Positions 12,656-25,604 of a stretch of DNA of 64,000 bases are shown piece after piece (within the stretch, counting starts at the first letter, position 1; every line of letters begins with the position of its first letter). The notes below the pieces were generated by a model. That model worked only from the letters and a program-made list of their open reading frames with translations, had not been told where the DNA came from and did not search any database. Origin of the DNA: Octopus sinensis (Eukaryota); the NCBI RefSeq assembly GCF_006345805.1, contig NC_043004.1, positions 50,902,001 through 50,966,000 of the forward strand, read 5' to 3'. The translations under genes were made by a program, and so were the position numbers.

Positions 12656-13490
12656 GAAAATAGGTAAAAAGTGAAAAGACTACAGAAGGCTTGTTTAAAA
12701 GGTTAAAATTATATGTTTGAGTCAATATGTCTGAATAATATTATAAAATTTTTTTTCTTACAATGACATAGTTAGAAGAAATGACCGGTTTCGCGTTTAG
12801 CTTTTCAAATTTCTTACGTCGTTATGTTTATTTTGAGAAGAGTTATCGTTATGTTTATTGTTGAAGAGAGTTCTAGATAAGGGGAGGTATAAGTGATTTC
12901 TTCCGGTGTAAGGGAGATAATCGCTTAAAATTTTTGCCTTTCCTTTGGGGTGAATTCTCCTGTATAAGTATGTTGGAATGGTTAAGTCTGGGCTTGTACT
13001 TTTCAATGAAGAATGTTTCCTTGTTTAGTCTAGTTTGTGTTGATGTTCCGATAGCACATTGGTAAAATGGAAAGATTAAAAATTGTGGTAGTAGTTGCTT
13101 TGCGCATTTCTCAATGTGCTCACTAAAAGGTATCATTCTGTATTCTGGGAATGCAATCTGTTGTCGATGCAGTGTGCATCTACGTCTGAGTGATAGTCCC
13201 GTGGATCCCACGTAGTCTTGGTGGCAGCCCGAGCATTTTATGACATAAATTATGTTTTCAGAGGCACAAGTAAAATTAAATTTGATCTTGAATTTGGACA
13301 TGTTGCACAGTTCGGTCTACCACATTTTTTTACTTTTGCATCCGTAATTTCAGAAAGCAATTTTGCCTTTGTGAGAATCTTTTTAAGTGATTTAGGTTGT
13401 TTGTAGCTTTTAATGATTTGGTGTATGTTTAGAATTTCCTTTAATTTGGTGTCCTTATGAAGTATTGGTAAATTATGGGTGATGATGGTG
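12655..13490 (-). mobile_element. Penelope-like element 3' fragment (zinc finger plus GIY-YIG endonuclease, Neptune-like) with pLTR
   Basis: YKQPKSLKKIL..KKCGRPNCATCP, then FTCASENIIYVIKCSGCHQDYVGSTG..LRRR..LHRQQI..KETFFIEKYKPRLN (ORF 12873-13301). Confidence 0.9.
12776..12815 (-). ncRNA. Type I hammerhead, U3:A8 core variant, downstream of the Penelope ORF
   Basis: Minus strand AAGAAAT-TTGAAAA-GC-TAAAC-GC-GAAAC-CG-GTC-ATTTCTT; perfect 7-bp stem I. Confidence 0.8.
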
Positions 13491-14890
13491 AAGGCTTTGC
13501 AGCGTTTTTGAGTATGACGCCGCCATTGTTTGGTGAGCCTTGCTGAGATGGAGAAGCATGTGCGACAGCGACGGGGAGTCAGGTTTCCGTCGTCCCAAGC
13601 CTGCTGAAGCAATGCGAAATGCGGACCCGCAGACAGGTGAACACACAGACATGCAGCTGCAAATAGATGTGCAAGAACAGACACGTGATGGTGCAGAGTC
13701 GCAGAAGCAAGGAGGAACAGACATACAGACGCAGGAGGTGCACAAGAGCGGAATATATTTGATAGCATGTCGGTCAGCGCAAGATATAGAAGGGAAAATA
13801 ACTAAAAGGCTAGAAGGAACTTCCTAAAATATACACATGGCCCGAAAATCTCCTTTCTGAAGTTAAGGATGCTCCTTGATTCAAGGGAATTCTTTGCTAT
13901 TCTCACCCGTTCAGCTATACCTAATTTGCATCGTTTTGTCCTGTTGGTGTAGGGGCCTGCGTTCTCGAGAATTTTCCATCAGATCGAGTATGGAATGCCA
14001 TCGTCTCTCAGTTGGCATACGTGGCTGGCTAATGATGTTACGTATCTCCTTTCCGGAACTCTGAAAGAGGACCTGTGGTTGGAGACATGTTGCTTGAGAG
14101 AGAGTTTCCGGAACATCCACTGTATCACCGAGGACATGTGTTGTCGGCGCTGTGTCTGAATCTGCTGGTGCTGCTGTTGTTGCTGGAGCTGGGCCTACTG
14201 GTGTTGGTATCGCTGGAGGGGGTTGTGGAGGTGGTGATAATGGTATTGCCACTGTCAGTGATGGTGAAAGTGCTGTTGTTCTTGTCATTGTAGCAGAGTT
14301 TCCAATGCTGCTAGAGATGTCATTTGCGGTAGTTCTACTGGTGTTCCCGCTAAGGCCACTGTCGCTGCTACTGCTGCTATTATTATTGCATAATTCCCGT
14401 TATTACTTTTGGTGGCACTGATGGTGGTGACCAAAACCTTGTGAGTGAATTTGGTAGACGGAAACACACACACACACACACATATATATATATTGCCCGT
14501 ATTAATTATCCCTCACTAACAACTACACACACACACACACATACACACACTCACTCACTCACTCACTCACTCACTCACTCACGCACACACACACGCATGC
14601 ACGTACGTATGTATGTATGTATGCATGTATGTATATGCACATATTTTTATTTGATCAGTAGATGCTACAAAGTGACTCAAGGGGTCGACAGTTTCATCCA
14701 TTGGCACTTAACGAAGTTTGGTGTCAGTGCACAAAACTTTCTGTCTCTGAGACACTTCGTAACTTTTAGCGATTATATAAGTAATCTGCTGGTGCAGATT
14801 GGCATAGGAAGTTGGCATACGTCTTAAATTCAGTGTCTTGAGTTCTATTTTCCCATTTTAATTATGAAATGTATATACGAGTATGCATGT

Positions 14891-14962
<72 letters not shown>

Positions 14963-15454
14963 CATTCCGAACAGTAATCCGGTGCAGAGTTCGAAGTTGG
15001 ACTTCCGAGGTCGAATCGATAGGAAGTTGGCATACGTCTTAAATATGTGGAGTGAAGACAATAGACATTAAGAAGGACAGCACAGAAAGATCAAAGTTTA
15101 ATAACTAGGGTATTAGTTTCACGCTTCAATGAAAAGAACGTCGAAAAACATTCCGAGCATGAAGGCGATCTTCTTTATTGAAGCGTTAAAGCAATATTAG
15201 ATTTCTCTAAATTTGTTTCTTTCGTGTCGTCGTTTTGAATGTTTATAGTCTCTCTACATGTGTGTGTGTGTGTGTGTGTGTGCGATTGTGCATGCATGTG
15301 TGTGTGCGTGTGTGTGTGTGTTGCTGTTTAAATATCTATGAGGAACGAAAAGCAAAGCATTCGTATATCTTGGTAATAACGCAGGGTTCTTCTTCTTCTT
15401 CTTCTTCTTTTTTTCTTCTTTTTCTTGTTGTTGTTGTTGTTATCATCATCATCC

Positions 15455-15679
15455 TTTCTACAATAGACACGAAGCCTGAAATTGTTGGGGAGAGGGTTAA
15501 TCGAAATCATCGACCCCACTAACAAACTGGTACTTATTTCATCGACCCCAAAAGGATGAAAGGCAAAGTCGACACCGGCGTAATTTGAACTCAGAATGTA
15601 AGGACGGACGAAATGCCGCCAAGCAGTTCGCATGGCGTGCTAATGATTTTGCCAGCACACCCTCTGAATAATAATAATG

Positions 15680-15728
<49 letters not shown>

Positions 15729-15946
15729 TAATAATCTTTTCTACTGTAGGCACAAGGCCCGAAATTTGAGGGAGGGTGCCAGTCGATTAGATCCTAGTTA
15801 ATCCCAGTACACAACTGGTACTCATTTTATCGACACTGAAAGGATAAAAGGCAAAGTCGATCTCGGCGGAATTTGAACTCTGTAGTGGCAGACGAAATTC
15901 TTCTAAGCATTTTGCTCGGCGTGCTAACGATTCTGCCAGCTCGCCG

Positions 15947-16032
<86 letters not shown>

Positions 16033-16142
16033 GTTTCAAATTTTACCACAAGGGCAGCAACCCTAGGGGTGGGGATGAGTCGATTACATCGACTTCAGTG
16101 TTTCATTGGTACTTAGTTTATCGACCCCGAAAGGATGAAAGT
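15455..16142 (-). mobile_element. Three head-to-tail SINE family B copies separated by (AAT)n
   Basis: Copies at about 15455-15665, 15735-15950 and 16030-16142. Confidence 0.75.
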
Positions 16143-16953
16143 CGGGGCGAAAGACAAGGGGGACAATACAAAGACAGACATAAAGTGTGGGGGGTTACAT
16201 ATAATGAAATGATAAAAAAAAAGGGTAAGTATACATGGTATACACTGAAAAAAAATAGGGACAATACATAGCATACAAAGGTTTAAAAATATTGTGGGGA
16301 GGATGATAGAGATGTGGCCCTCCTGGTGCAGGAAAGCTTCTAGGGATAATCGAGGAACACCACTGTCTGAGATTTTCCTGAAACTCCAAGTGCAAGTCTC
16401 CTCTCCACTTCCTTCTCGCCGACTCACAGGTCTACACTTAGAGAGGTACCATCCACTCTTGCCATTTTTGAAACCTTCACTCACCTTTCTGTAAACTCAC
16501 TCATGGGCAGCACTTCCCTCTCCACTCTCAATTTCCTTTTCAAGTGAAACTTGAAAAAGTCAATATGAGCTCTGCCTGTGTCTGTCCTCATGCCTTTCAG
16601 CCTTGTCCAACAAATAATATCTTTCGCTACAGTCACCAGCTTAAGGAAAACTGCTTTGCCAGCCCGATTGAAGGAGAGCAGCGGGGCGATCATCACTACA
16701 GACTTGGCCGACAGATGGATCCGTCCCACACATGACAGCAGCTGTTCGACATAACCCCATAAGTCAGCAATACCCGGACACTGAACGAGGGCGTGCAGAA
16801 CGGTTTCATCACTGCACGCACCCCGGACAAGCCCATCTGACAGTACATCCGGTAGCACCGCCAGGCCAATGACATCTGTAAATTATCCATGTTAGTTCCC
16901 GACCGGAAAGTCCTCCGGAACAGACTAGTCGGTTCGTTCTCGTCGGCGCCCAC
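16143..16953 (-). mobile_element. Tx1/L1-clade LINE ORF2 C-terminus and 3' UTR
   Basis: RTFRSGTNMDNLQMSLAWRCY..DETVLHALVQCPGIADLW (zf-RVT-like C..ET..H...C). Confidence 0.75.
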
Positions 16954-17058
16954 TCATGAGAGTCAAAAATGCTGATTTAAGAACCAACTCCTGGAGATGG
17001 TTCTTAAATTCGTAATTTAGTTATCATGAGAGTATAATATAGTGTCATTCATTTATTT

Positions 17059-17109
<51 letters not shown>

Positions 17110-17195
17110 TGTGTGTGTGTGTGTGGTGTGTGTGTGTGTGTGTGTGTGTGTGCTTGTGCGTGTGTGTGTGTCTGTATATATATATATATATATAT

Positions 17196-18793
17196 ATTTA
17201 TTATATAGAAGGAGCTTCTACAGGACTAGAACTGTTTCATTCAAGAGAAATCTTCAGGAAGCTAGTTAACAAGAATTGTATTGGCATTTATACATTTAGG
17301 CAGGTTTAACGGGGTGTTGGTGGGGGACTTTTTGGGGGTAGGCATAGCACAAAATATCATACTTGGGGGAGTGGTCAAGGAGTCAGTGTTAAATTAGATA
17401 GAAGAATAAATAAAAAAATAAAAAAATAAAAAATAAAAAATAAAATAAAAAAACCTATATATAAAAAAAAAAAACCTATATATAAAAAAAAAGGGGGGAT
17501 AGAGTTTTAGGTAAATAAGGAGATTCTCACTTATACCTATGCACACATGTATACATACATACACACACATACAAACATATATACATATACATACACACAT
17601 ACATACACACACATATATATACATATATATCACTGTACACATACACATGCATATACATATCTACACATACACATATATGTATACACACACACACTCACAT
17701 GCATACACGTATACACACATGTATATATACACACACGACCTCACATACCTATACGCACAGAAAAATATATATACACATACACACACATACTCACATACAC
17801 GCATACACACACATATCCACACACACACATGCACACACAGCACACTAGTCCCTATATACACATATATATACACATACACACACATATACACACACATACA
17901 TACATATACATACATGTATACATATACATATGTGTACCTATGCAAACCTACACATACACACATATATATACACATACTAATACAGACTTACTCATGGGTC
18001 TGTATTAGTATGTGTAATATATGTGTGTATGTGTAGGTTTGCATAGGTACACATATGTATATGTATACATGTATGTATATGTATGTATGTGTGTGTATAT
18101 GTGTGTGTATGTGTATATATGTGTATATAGGGACTAGGTGCTGTGTGTGCATGTGTGTGTGTGGATATGTGTGTGTATGCGTGTATGTGAGTATGTGTGT
18201 GTATGTGTATATATATTTTCTGTGCGTATAGGTATGTGAGGTCGTGTGTGTATATATACATGTGTGTATACGTGTATGCATGTGAGTGTGTGTGTGTATA
18301 CATATATGTGTATGTGTAGATATGTATATGCATGTGTATGTGTAAGTGTATATATATGTATATATATGTGTGTGTATGTATGTGTGTATGTATATGTATA
18401 TATGTTTGTATGTGTGTGTATGTATGTATACATGTGTGCATAGGTATAAGTGAGAATCTCCTTATTTACCTAAAACTCTATCCCCCCTTTTTTTTATATA
18501 TAGGTTTTTTTGGGTTTTTTTTTTTATATATATAGGTTTTTTTATTTTATTTTTTTATTTTTTATTTTTTTATTTTTTTATTTATCTTCTATCTAATTTA
18601 ACACGACTCCTTGACCACTCCCCCAAGTATGATATTTTGTGCTATGCCTACCCCCAAAAAAGTCCCCCACCAACACCCCGTTAAACCTGCTAAATGTATA
18701 AATGCCAATACAATTCTTGTTAACTAGCTTCCTGAAGATTTCTCTTGAATGAAACAGTTCTAGTCCTGTAGAGCTCCTTCTATATAATAAATA
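17196..18793. repeat. Fold-back inverted repeat, arms about 790 bp, 10-nt spacer
   Basis: 17196-17987 is the reverse complement of 17998-18793; spacer TTACTCATGG. Confidence 0.9.
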
Positions 18794-18856
18794 ATTTTAC
18801 TCTGCTATGTATTGAGTACCTTATTTACTGTGGTTAACCCCGAATCAACCCGGACC

Positions 18857-18912
<56 letters not shown>

Positions 18913-19505
18913 CATACGCATATACATACAGAGACACACGCACATATATAATTTATCTTGTATGGATCACCGGTGAAAAATAAAACGTATATTTCGTATA
19001 TGCTCAGGCATTTTTGTTCTCTCCCTATCTCTCTTTCCTTTTCTCCCTCTCACTCTCTCTCCTCACAAAATAATCTATGAACTACAAATGTGATAAAAAT
19101 CTTTAATCTATTGTCCAAAATTCGCTATGATCACGTGGGAGAGATTTTTTAAAAACAGATTACAGATTAACACCAACAGAAGCACGTCTCCACCCTAAAG
19201 GCTCACTCCCCCCACTCATGGTCAACTCTGCTTGTCTAACAATGCCTGTATGTGTGTGTAATAACGGCGATAAAGACGTTTATAAACACGCTCGCATGCG
19301 TATTAACGTACACGCAGGCAGGCAGGCAGGCCAAGTGTGTCCTACTTTAGTGCGGAACGTAGATCGAGGATGTTATTAAAGCCAAATTTTAAAAAAAAAC
19401 ACAGAAGACATTTGCTAAAAGGCATTTGCGCAAGGAACGCATATATGACCTATTAAATGACATGTTACATTTGTCTGTGACTCATTAACGCATTAATTAA
19501 AAGAG

Positions 19506-19886
19506 GAGGCGCAATGGCCCAGTGGTTAGGGCAGCAGACTCGCGGTCGTAGGATCGCGGTTTCGATTCCCAGACCGGGCGTTGTGAGTGTTTATTGAACG
19601 AAAACACCTAAAGCTCCACGAGGCTCCGGCAGGGGATGGTGGTGATCCCTGCTGTACTCTTTCACCACAACTTTCTCTCACTCTTACTTCCTGTTTCTGT
19701 TGTACCTGTATTTCAAAGGGCCGGCCTTGTCACTCTCTGTGTCACGCTGAATATCCCCGAGAACTACGTTAAGAGTACACGTGTCTTTGGAGTGCTTAGC
19801 CACTTACACGTTAATTTCACGAGCAGGCTGTTCCGTTGATCGGATCAACCGGAACCCTCGTCGTCGTAACCGACGGAGTGCTTCCC
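19506..19886 (+). mobile_element. SINE family C (tRNA-Arg-like head; resembles octopus OR-type SINEs)
   Basis: GGCGCAATGGCCCAGTGGTTAGGGC..GACTCGCGGT..GGTTTCGATTCCC; other copies at 48627 and 54819. Confidence 0.8.
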
Positions 19887-20565
19887 CAATTAAAAGAGAC
19901 CGATGCGATGGATCTTGCCTTATACACGCACACACACACACACACACATACGCACACATACGCACACATACGCACACATGCACACACATACACACACTCA
20001 CATGTATATATGTGTAGCTTCTCTTTCTTTCTCTTTTTAATTTAGAGTAAATTTTAACCGGCCCCCAACTCGGTAGCAAGGTTGTGAAGTAAAGAATCAT
20101 GATTTAACCGTCAGGTCTTGTAGATGTTTATAGTGCCAGATATCGCGATCATTTGTAGCTTATGAATAAGGAATTTGCATTCTCTCCTCAAGATCCCAAG
20201 TTCAGCCATACTTTGCTCCAGACGGGTTGCTACGTATTCTGTTGCTCCAATGATAAGAGTTACGAAGCTGAAAGTGTATCTTGGCTACTGGATTTGCAAA
20301 CTCATTATCAATGGTCCATAGATATCCTCTTTTGTATTTTTCTTATCACATTTGTGTCCCGAGGGCTGCTGATTACCACAACGGAACATGTCTTTTCCTA
20401 AACGACAATATCAGGCCGGTTGTGTTTTAACTTGGTGGCCGTTTTAATATTCAAGCTCTACCAGTTTTCTTTTGACCCATTGATTTCAATATGGTCAGCT
20501 TCGTTCGTAGGCATTCTGTTTTTGTTATCCTGTTCCAGACCGTTCTTGTCACCGTATCATGCCTC

Positions 20566-20940
20566 ATGATGTACGTATGTATGTATGTGTGTATGTATGT
20601 CTGTATGAATGTATGTATGTATGTATGTATGTATGTATGTATGTATGTATGTATGTATCCATGTGTGTATGTATGTATGTATGCATGTATGTATGTATGT
20701 GTGCATGTATGTATGTATGTATGTATGTATGTATGTATGTATGTATGTATGTATGTATGCATGCGTGTATGTATGTATGCATGTGTGTATGTATGTGTGC
20801 ATGTATGTATGCATGTGTGCATGTATGTATGTATTTGTGTATGTATGTATGTGTGCGTGTATGTATGTATGTATGTACGTATGTATGTATGTATGTATGT
20901 ATGTATGTATGTATGTATGTATGTATGTATGTATGTATGC
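20566..20940. repeat. (ATGT)n microsatellite
   Basis: Direct reading. Confidence 0.95.
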
Positions 20941-21097
20941 ACAGGATGTTCGGGCTAAATCAAAATTTTTATGTCAGCTTTTCCAGAAACTGTTTAATGT
21001 ATTTGGGGAAAAGTCGACCGCGTTAGAGAACATAACGATTAGTCCTGTAGTTGAGAAGCAATTTAGGTGACGTAGAGGATTGAAAACCGCTTGAATA

Positions 21098-21312
21098 CTG
21101 GTTTCAAATTTTGGCACAATGCCAGCAACTTCGGGAGAGGAGCTAAGTCGATTACATCTACTCCTGTATCCTACTGGTACTTATTTTATCCACTCCAAAA
21201 GGATAAAAGGCAAAGTCGATCTCGGCAGAATTTGAACTCAGAACGTAAAGACGGACGGAATGCTGCTAAGCATTTTGCCCGGCGTGCTAACGATTCTGCT
21301 AGCTCACTACCT
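21098..21312 (-). mobile_element. SINE family B copy
   Basis: Matches the other family B copies. Confidence 0.75.
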
Positions 21313-21329
21313 GAAACCGTCTGAATTTT

Positions 21330-21530
21330 GGAAAAAGGTACCTGTACCATGATGATTCGCGCCGAATATCGAAATACCGACATTATGAATGCCACCCAAT
21401 GCTCTATCAACACTGTAAAAACTGTAAGACATGATATGGACAGCTGCAACGGAGACTGTGAAGCCGTGGCCAGCATGAAGGGAGACAGTAGATGTACTGA
21501 CTGTGTCCGTACGCCGGGATTCATTTAACA
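21330..21530 (+). mobile_element. Tc1/mariner (maT, DD37D-like) transposase N-terminal fragment
   Basis: MMIRAEYRNTDI..CSINTVKTVR..TDCVRTPGFI, HTH-like region. Confidence 0.5.
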
Positions 21531-21864
21531 ACTGCAAAACTAAATGATAGAAGTCCTGTAACGGTCACCTACTATTAGGTGCCTGTGTGTGCTCGCGATT
21601 ACGTAGGAAGTCTCTCGGTCTTCTCACCATTGACTCAGCGGAATAACGAGGACGTGACTGTTGGGTTGAAAGATCGATTCGCCAACGCTAGGCTGAAACT
21701 CATTTCAGCCGAGTAGATTGGAGCAATGTAAAATGAAGTATATTCCTGAAAGATAGCGCAGCGCTCGGTCCGGATGTCAAGTGCACACCCTTATGATCCT
21801 GAGCCAAACACTGTAACCAGTCGGCCAAGTACCGTCACTCACACACGCGTTTATACATACATAC

Positions 21865-21898
<34 letters not shown>

Positions 21899-21904
21899 GG
21901 GGTG

Positions 21905-21940
<36 letters not shown>

Positions 21941-22081
21941 TGTGTGTGTGTATGTATGTACGTATGTATGTATATATATATAGTTAATCCAAACATGAAC
22001 AAAGGCAAAACACAACAACGCGAGGACGTGGAACAAGTATAGTGTTATTGGATGCTCAGGAAAGGAAAGAAAGAAGGAGGA

Positions 22082-22115
22082 GTTAACGTTTCGAGCGGAG
22101 CTCTTCGTCAGAAAC
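22082..22115 (-). ncRNA. Minimal type I hammerhead motif in a repeat also present at 50712-50925
   Basis: Minus strand GTTT-CTGACGA-A-GAGC-TCC-GCTC-GAAAC-GTT-AAC. Confidence 0.65.
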
Positions 22116-22204
22116 ATATAAAAAGGAAAGGTCCAAGGAAGAGAAGACGGAGAAAGAAAATCGCCAACGATACACACGCGGTCACATATTGAAATTTTTT
22201 TTTT

Positions 22205-22590
22205 TTTTCTAAGACGTGGAATGATGTAAGGGAGAATGGCATAACCTTCGTTACTTATTACTCTTAAAACCATCACAGTTGCTGCAAACTTAGTGCGCAA
22301 TACTCTGGGACATGAGAAGTATATTCATTCCTCAGCTTACGCGTTTGGTCGAAGTTTTTTATCATTTGAGAAGAACCAAAGCGTGCCATGTTCATGAAGG
22401 TTTTAAACCTTGTTGAGTAACCACTTTGCACAGATCAAACAGTTTTCCCGGGTCCTTGCGGACATCACTTGGCCTCTCCTCAGTACATGCGACTTTTGTC
22501 GAATGTCTTCTTGCATCACAGTCGTAATAGTCCACTCCGACACCTGAAGTTCTTTGGTTTTCTGAGATCATCAAGGCAAAGTTCTCATCT
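22205..22590 (-). mobile_element. maT (DD37D-like) transposase fragment
   Basis: EDIRQKSHVLRRGQVMSARTREN..LLNK..WFFS..KNFDQ..RTKFAATVMVLRVISNEG. Confidence 0.7.
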
Positions 22591-22635
22591 GCGGATACAC
22601 CAAAACATTAACATATAAATTAGAGACCAAATAAC

Positions 22636-22830
22636 ACGTGCCTCGTCCTTATATATCATAGTTTTTCAGATCCACCGCGCAAGCGCAGTTTCAATCGGCA
22701 GCAAATAAAATTTGCAATTAAACTTCAGAAATTGCTAAAATCATTTCTTAAATTTATATAGAGTAGGAAAAAATTATAGAAAATTTTTCTACCGGTGGGC
22801 AAATTATTTTATTTGCTGATCAAAGTTCGA
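22636..22830 (-). mobile_element. Truncated relative of the 488-bp hammerhead element family (ribozyme portion absent)
   Basis: Shares TTATTTGCTGCCGAT, GATCTGAAAA, CGAGGCA and a hairpin with 51890-52060. Confidence 0.55.
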
Positions 22831-22859
22831 ACCTGAGGTCAGATTGTAATGTATGTATG

Positions 22860-22915
<56 letters not shown>

Positions 22916-23277
22916 TATGCAATTCAAACATTGATATATACATATTATGCAATTCAAACATTGATAGACAGAAACCATAAAAACAGATAAAAAAATAAAA
23001 TATATATGTTTTAAAATATATTTTATTTTTTATTTATGATTTGGTTTATGTCTATCATTGTTTGAACTGCATAATAGTGGTTTTTCTCTAATTTATATAT
23101 ATATTATATATATTTATATTGTGAAATATGATTTAATACCAAATTGAATTTTTCCCTGTAAGTTTGAAGTTATACTCCCTATCATCATCATCATCATCAT
23201 CATTATTATTATTATTATTATTATTTTATATTATTATTAATTATTATTTTATATTATTATTTTATTATTATATATAT

Positions 23278-24070
23278 ACTTTATTTTAAGCAGCAGAAAA
23301 TTCAACAAAAATCTGTTACTCTGAGTTTCTGTTGCGTTCTCAGACAGTTTTTGCTAGAATGGAATATATATCAATTCAATCTATACTCTTACAAACGCTA
23401 CACCTTTAAAAAGAAATGGACTTGTTTGATTGGCCCTTTAGAAAAAACGGTCAATCTTCGAGCGATAAACAAAAAGGTCAAAAATATATGTATATATATA
23501 TAAAAAAACTTATAAAAATTATAAAATCCGAGGAAAAAACCGAGGAAAAAACCTATTGCCGTTAATGAAGACAGTACAAATTAATGCATAGAAATAAACC
23601 TGTTATAAATACTGCAATACATATTTATATTAAAATCCACATATATATATCAACATACACAAAAGGATGCGCGTAAACGCTTTTGTGTATGTTGATATAT
23701 ATATGTGGATTTTAATATAAATATGTATTGCAGTATTTATAACAGGTTTAATTTCTATGCATTAATTTGTACTGTCTTCATTAACGGCAATAGTTTTTTC
23801 CTCGGTTTTTTTCCTCGGATTTTATAATTTTTATAAGTTTTTTTATATATATATACATATATTTTTGACCTTTTTGTTTATCGCTCGAAGATTGACCGTT
23901 TTTTCTAAAGGGCCAATCAAACAAGTCCATTTCTTTTAAAGGTGTAGCGTTTGTAAGAGTATAGATTGAATTAATTATATGTTCCATTCTAGCAAAAACT
24001 GTCTGATGAACGGCAACGAGAAACTCAGAGTAACAGATTTTGTTGAATTTTCTGCTGCTTAAAATAAAGC
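23278..24070. repeat. Fold-back inverted repeat, arms about 390 bp, 14-nt spacer
   Basis: 23278-23665 is the reverse complement of 23680-24070. Confidence 0.9.
23995..24041 (+). ncRNA. Type I hammerhead motif (indel-bearing mirror copy at 23308-23352, minus strand)
   Basis: CTGT-CTGATGA-A-CG-GCAA-CG-A-GAAAC-TCAGA-GTA-ACAG. Confidence 0.65.
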
Positions 24071-24139
24071 ATATTACTCTACCACTGGTATTTGAGTACT
24101 CTTTTTTCCACCTTGTTTCACATTTATGTGTTTACTCGG

Positions 24140-24193
<54 letters not shown>

Positions 24194-24200
24194 CTACTAT

Positions 24201-24287
<87 letters not shown>

Positions 24288-24831
24288 TATGTATGTATGT
24301 ATGTATGTATGTATGTATATATATAATTTATTGAACCTGAAAATATTTCACTAACTGTTACCCGGAGTTTGAAGTAACCGATCGTTGCACAACCGATTTT
24401 AGAGCAATATACTATGATATAAAAGAACTGATTGGTATGTATGAACGGTGTAGTAATTAATATTTAGTAACTCATTGAATAAACAGCTGAAAGCTGATTG
24501 GACTAGGAAGGGCACTTTTAGAATAACACGAATACATTAAATGAGAAACGATTGACCGTAACGGAAAAAGCAACAAATTCCAATATATTCGTGACCTACA
24601 TCATCTGAAATATATTTGTAGACTATTTCGTTAATGAATAATCATTTTTAAGAAAGTCAATGCTTAAACAAATCACACTGGTGGAGTTATGACTCGCAAA
24701 ATATAGTAAGCAGCAATACAATATGATAAATACGATAAATTTCTTTTAATCGTGACTCTATCCATATCGAGAAGCGAGATGCATGGAACATAATTTATAC
24801 ATTACGCAACACAAACGTCAAACAAAATAAT

Positions 24832-24993
24832 GCAGGAGTGGCTATGTGGTAAGTAGCTTGCATACCAACCACATGGTTCCGGGTTCAGTCCCACTGCGTG
24901 GCATCTTGGGCAAGTGTCTTCTTCTATAGCCCCGGGCCGACCAATGCCTTGTGAGTGGATTTGGTAGACGGAAACTGAAAGAAGCCTGTCGTA

Positions 24994-25036
<43 letters not shown>

Positions 25037-25263
25037 GTATGTGTGTGTATATGTTTGTGTATCTGTGTTTGTCCCTCTAGCATTACTTGACAACCGATGC
25101 TAGTGTGTTTACGTCCCCGTCACTTAGCGGTTCGGCAAAAGAGACCGATAAAATAAGTACTGAGTTACAAAGAATAAGTCCCGGGGTCGATTTGCTCGAC
25201 TAAAGGCGGTGCTCCAGCATGGCCGCAGTCAAATGACTAAAACAAGTAAAAGAGTAAAAGAGT
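24832..25263 (+). mobile_element. SINE family A
   Basis: Near full-length match with (GTAAAAGA)n tail. Confidence 0.85.
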
Positions 25264-25545
25264 TATAAGTAAGTTACAATACCTTTCTACTGACATTAAT
25301 TTTTTCATCTTTTATGCTTCACTCGTTTCAGGCAGTGGACTGCGACCATGCTGGAGCAACGCCTTGGAGAGTTTCATCGAACAAACGGACGCCTGTACTT
25401 GTTTTTAGAGTTTATTACTTATTGTGCCTTTCTCTTTTGCTGATCTGCTAAGTTACGGAAACGTAAACAAACCACATCGGTCGTCAAGCGGTGGAGGAGG
25501 ACAAACACAAAGAGGGCAGACGCAAACACACATACACACACACAA

Positions 25546-25582
<37 letters not shown>

Positions 25583-25604
25583 ATTATATATATATATATC
25601 TCTC

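Noticed and set aside
19506-19580. tRNA-Arg-like gene
   Set aside because: It is the head of a multi-copy SINE; the acceptor stem does not close and there is no terminator.
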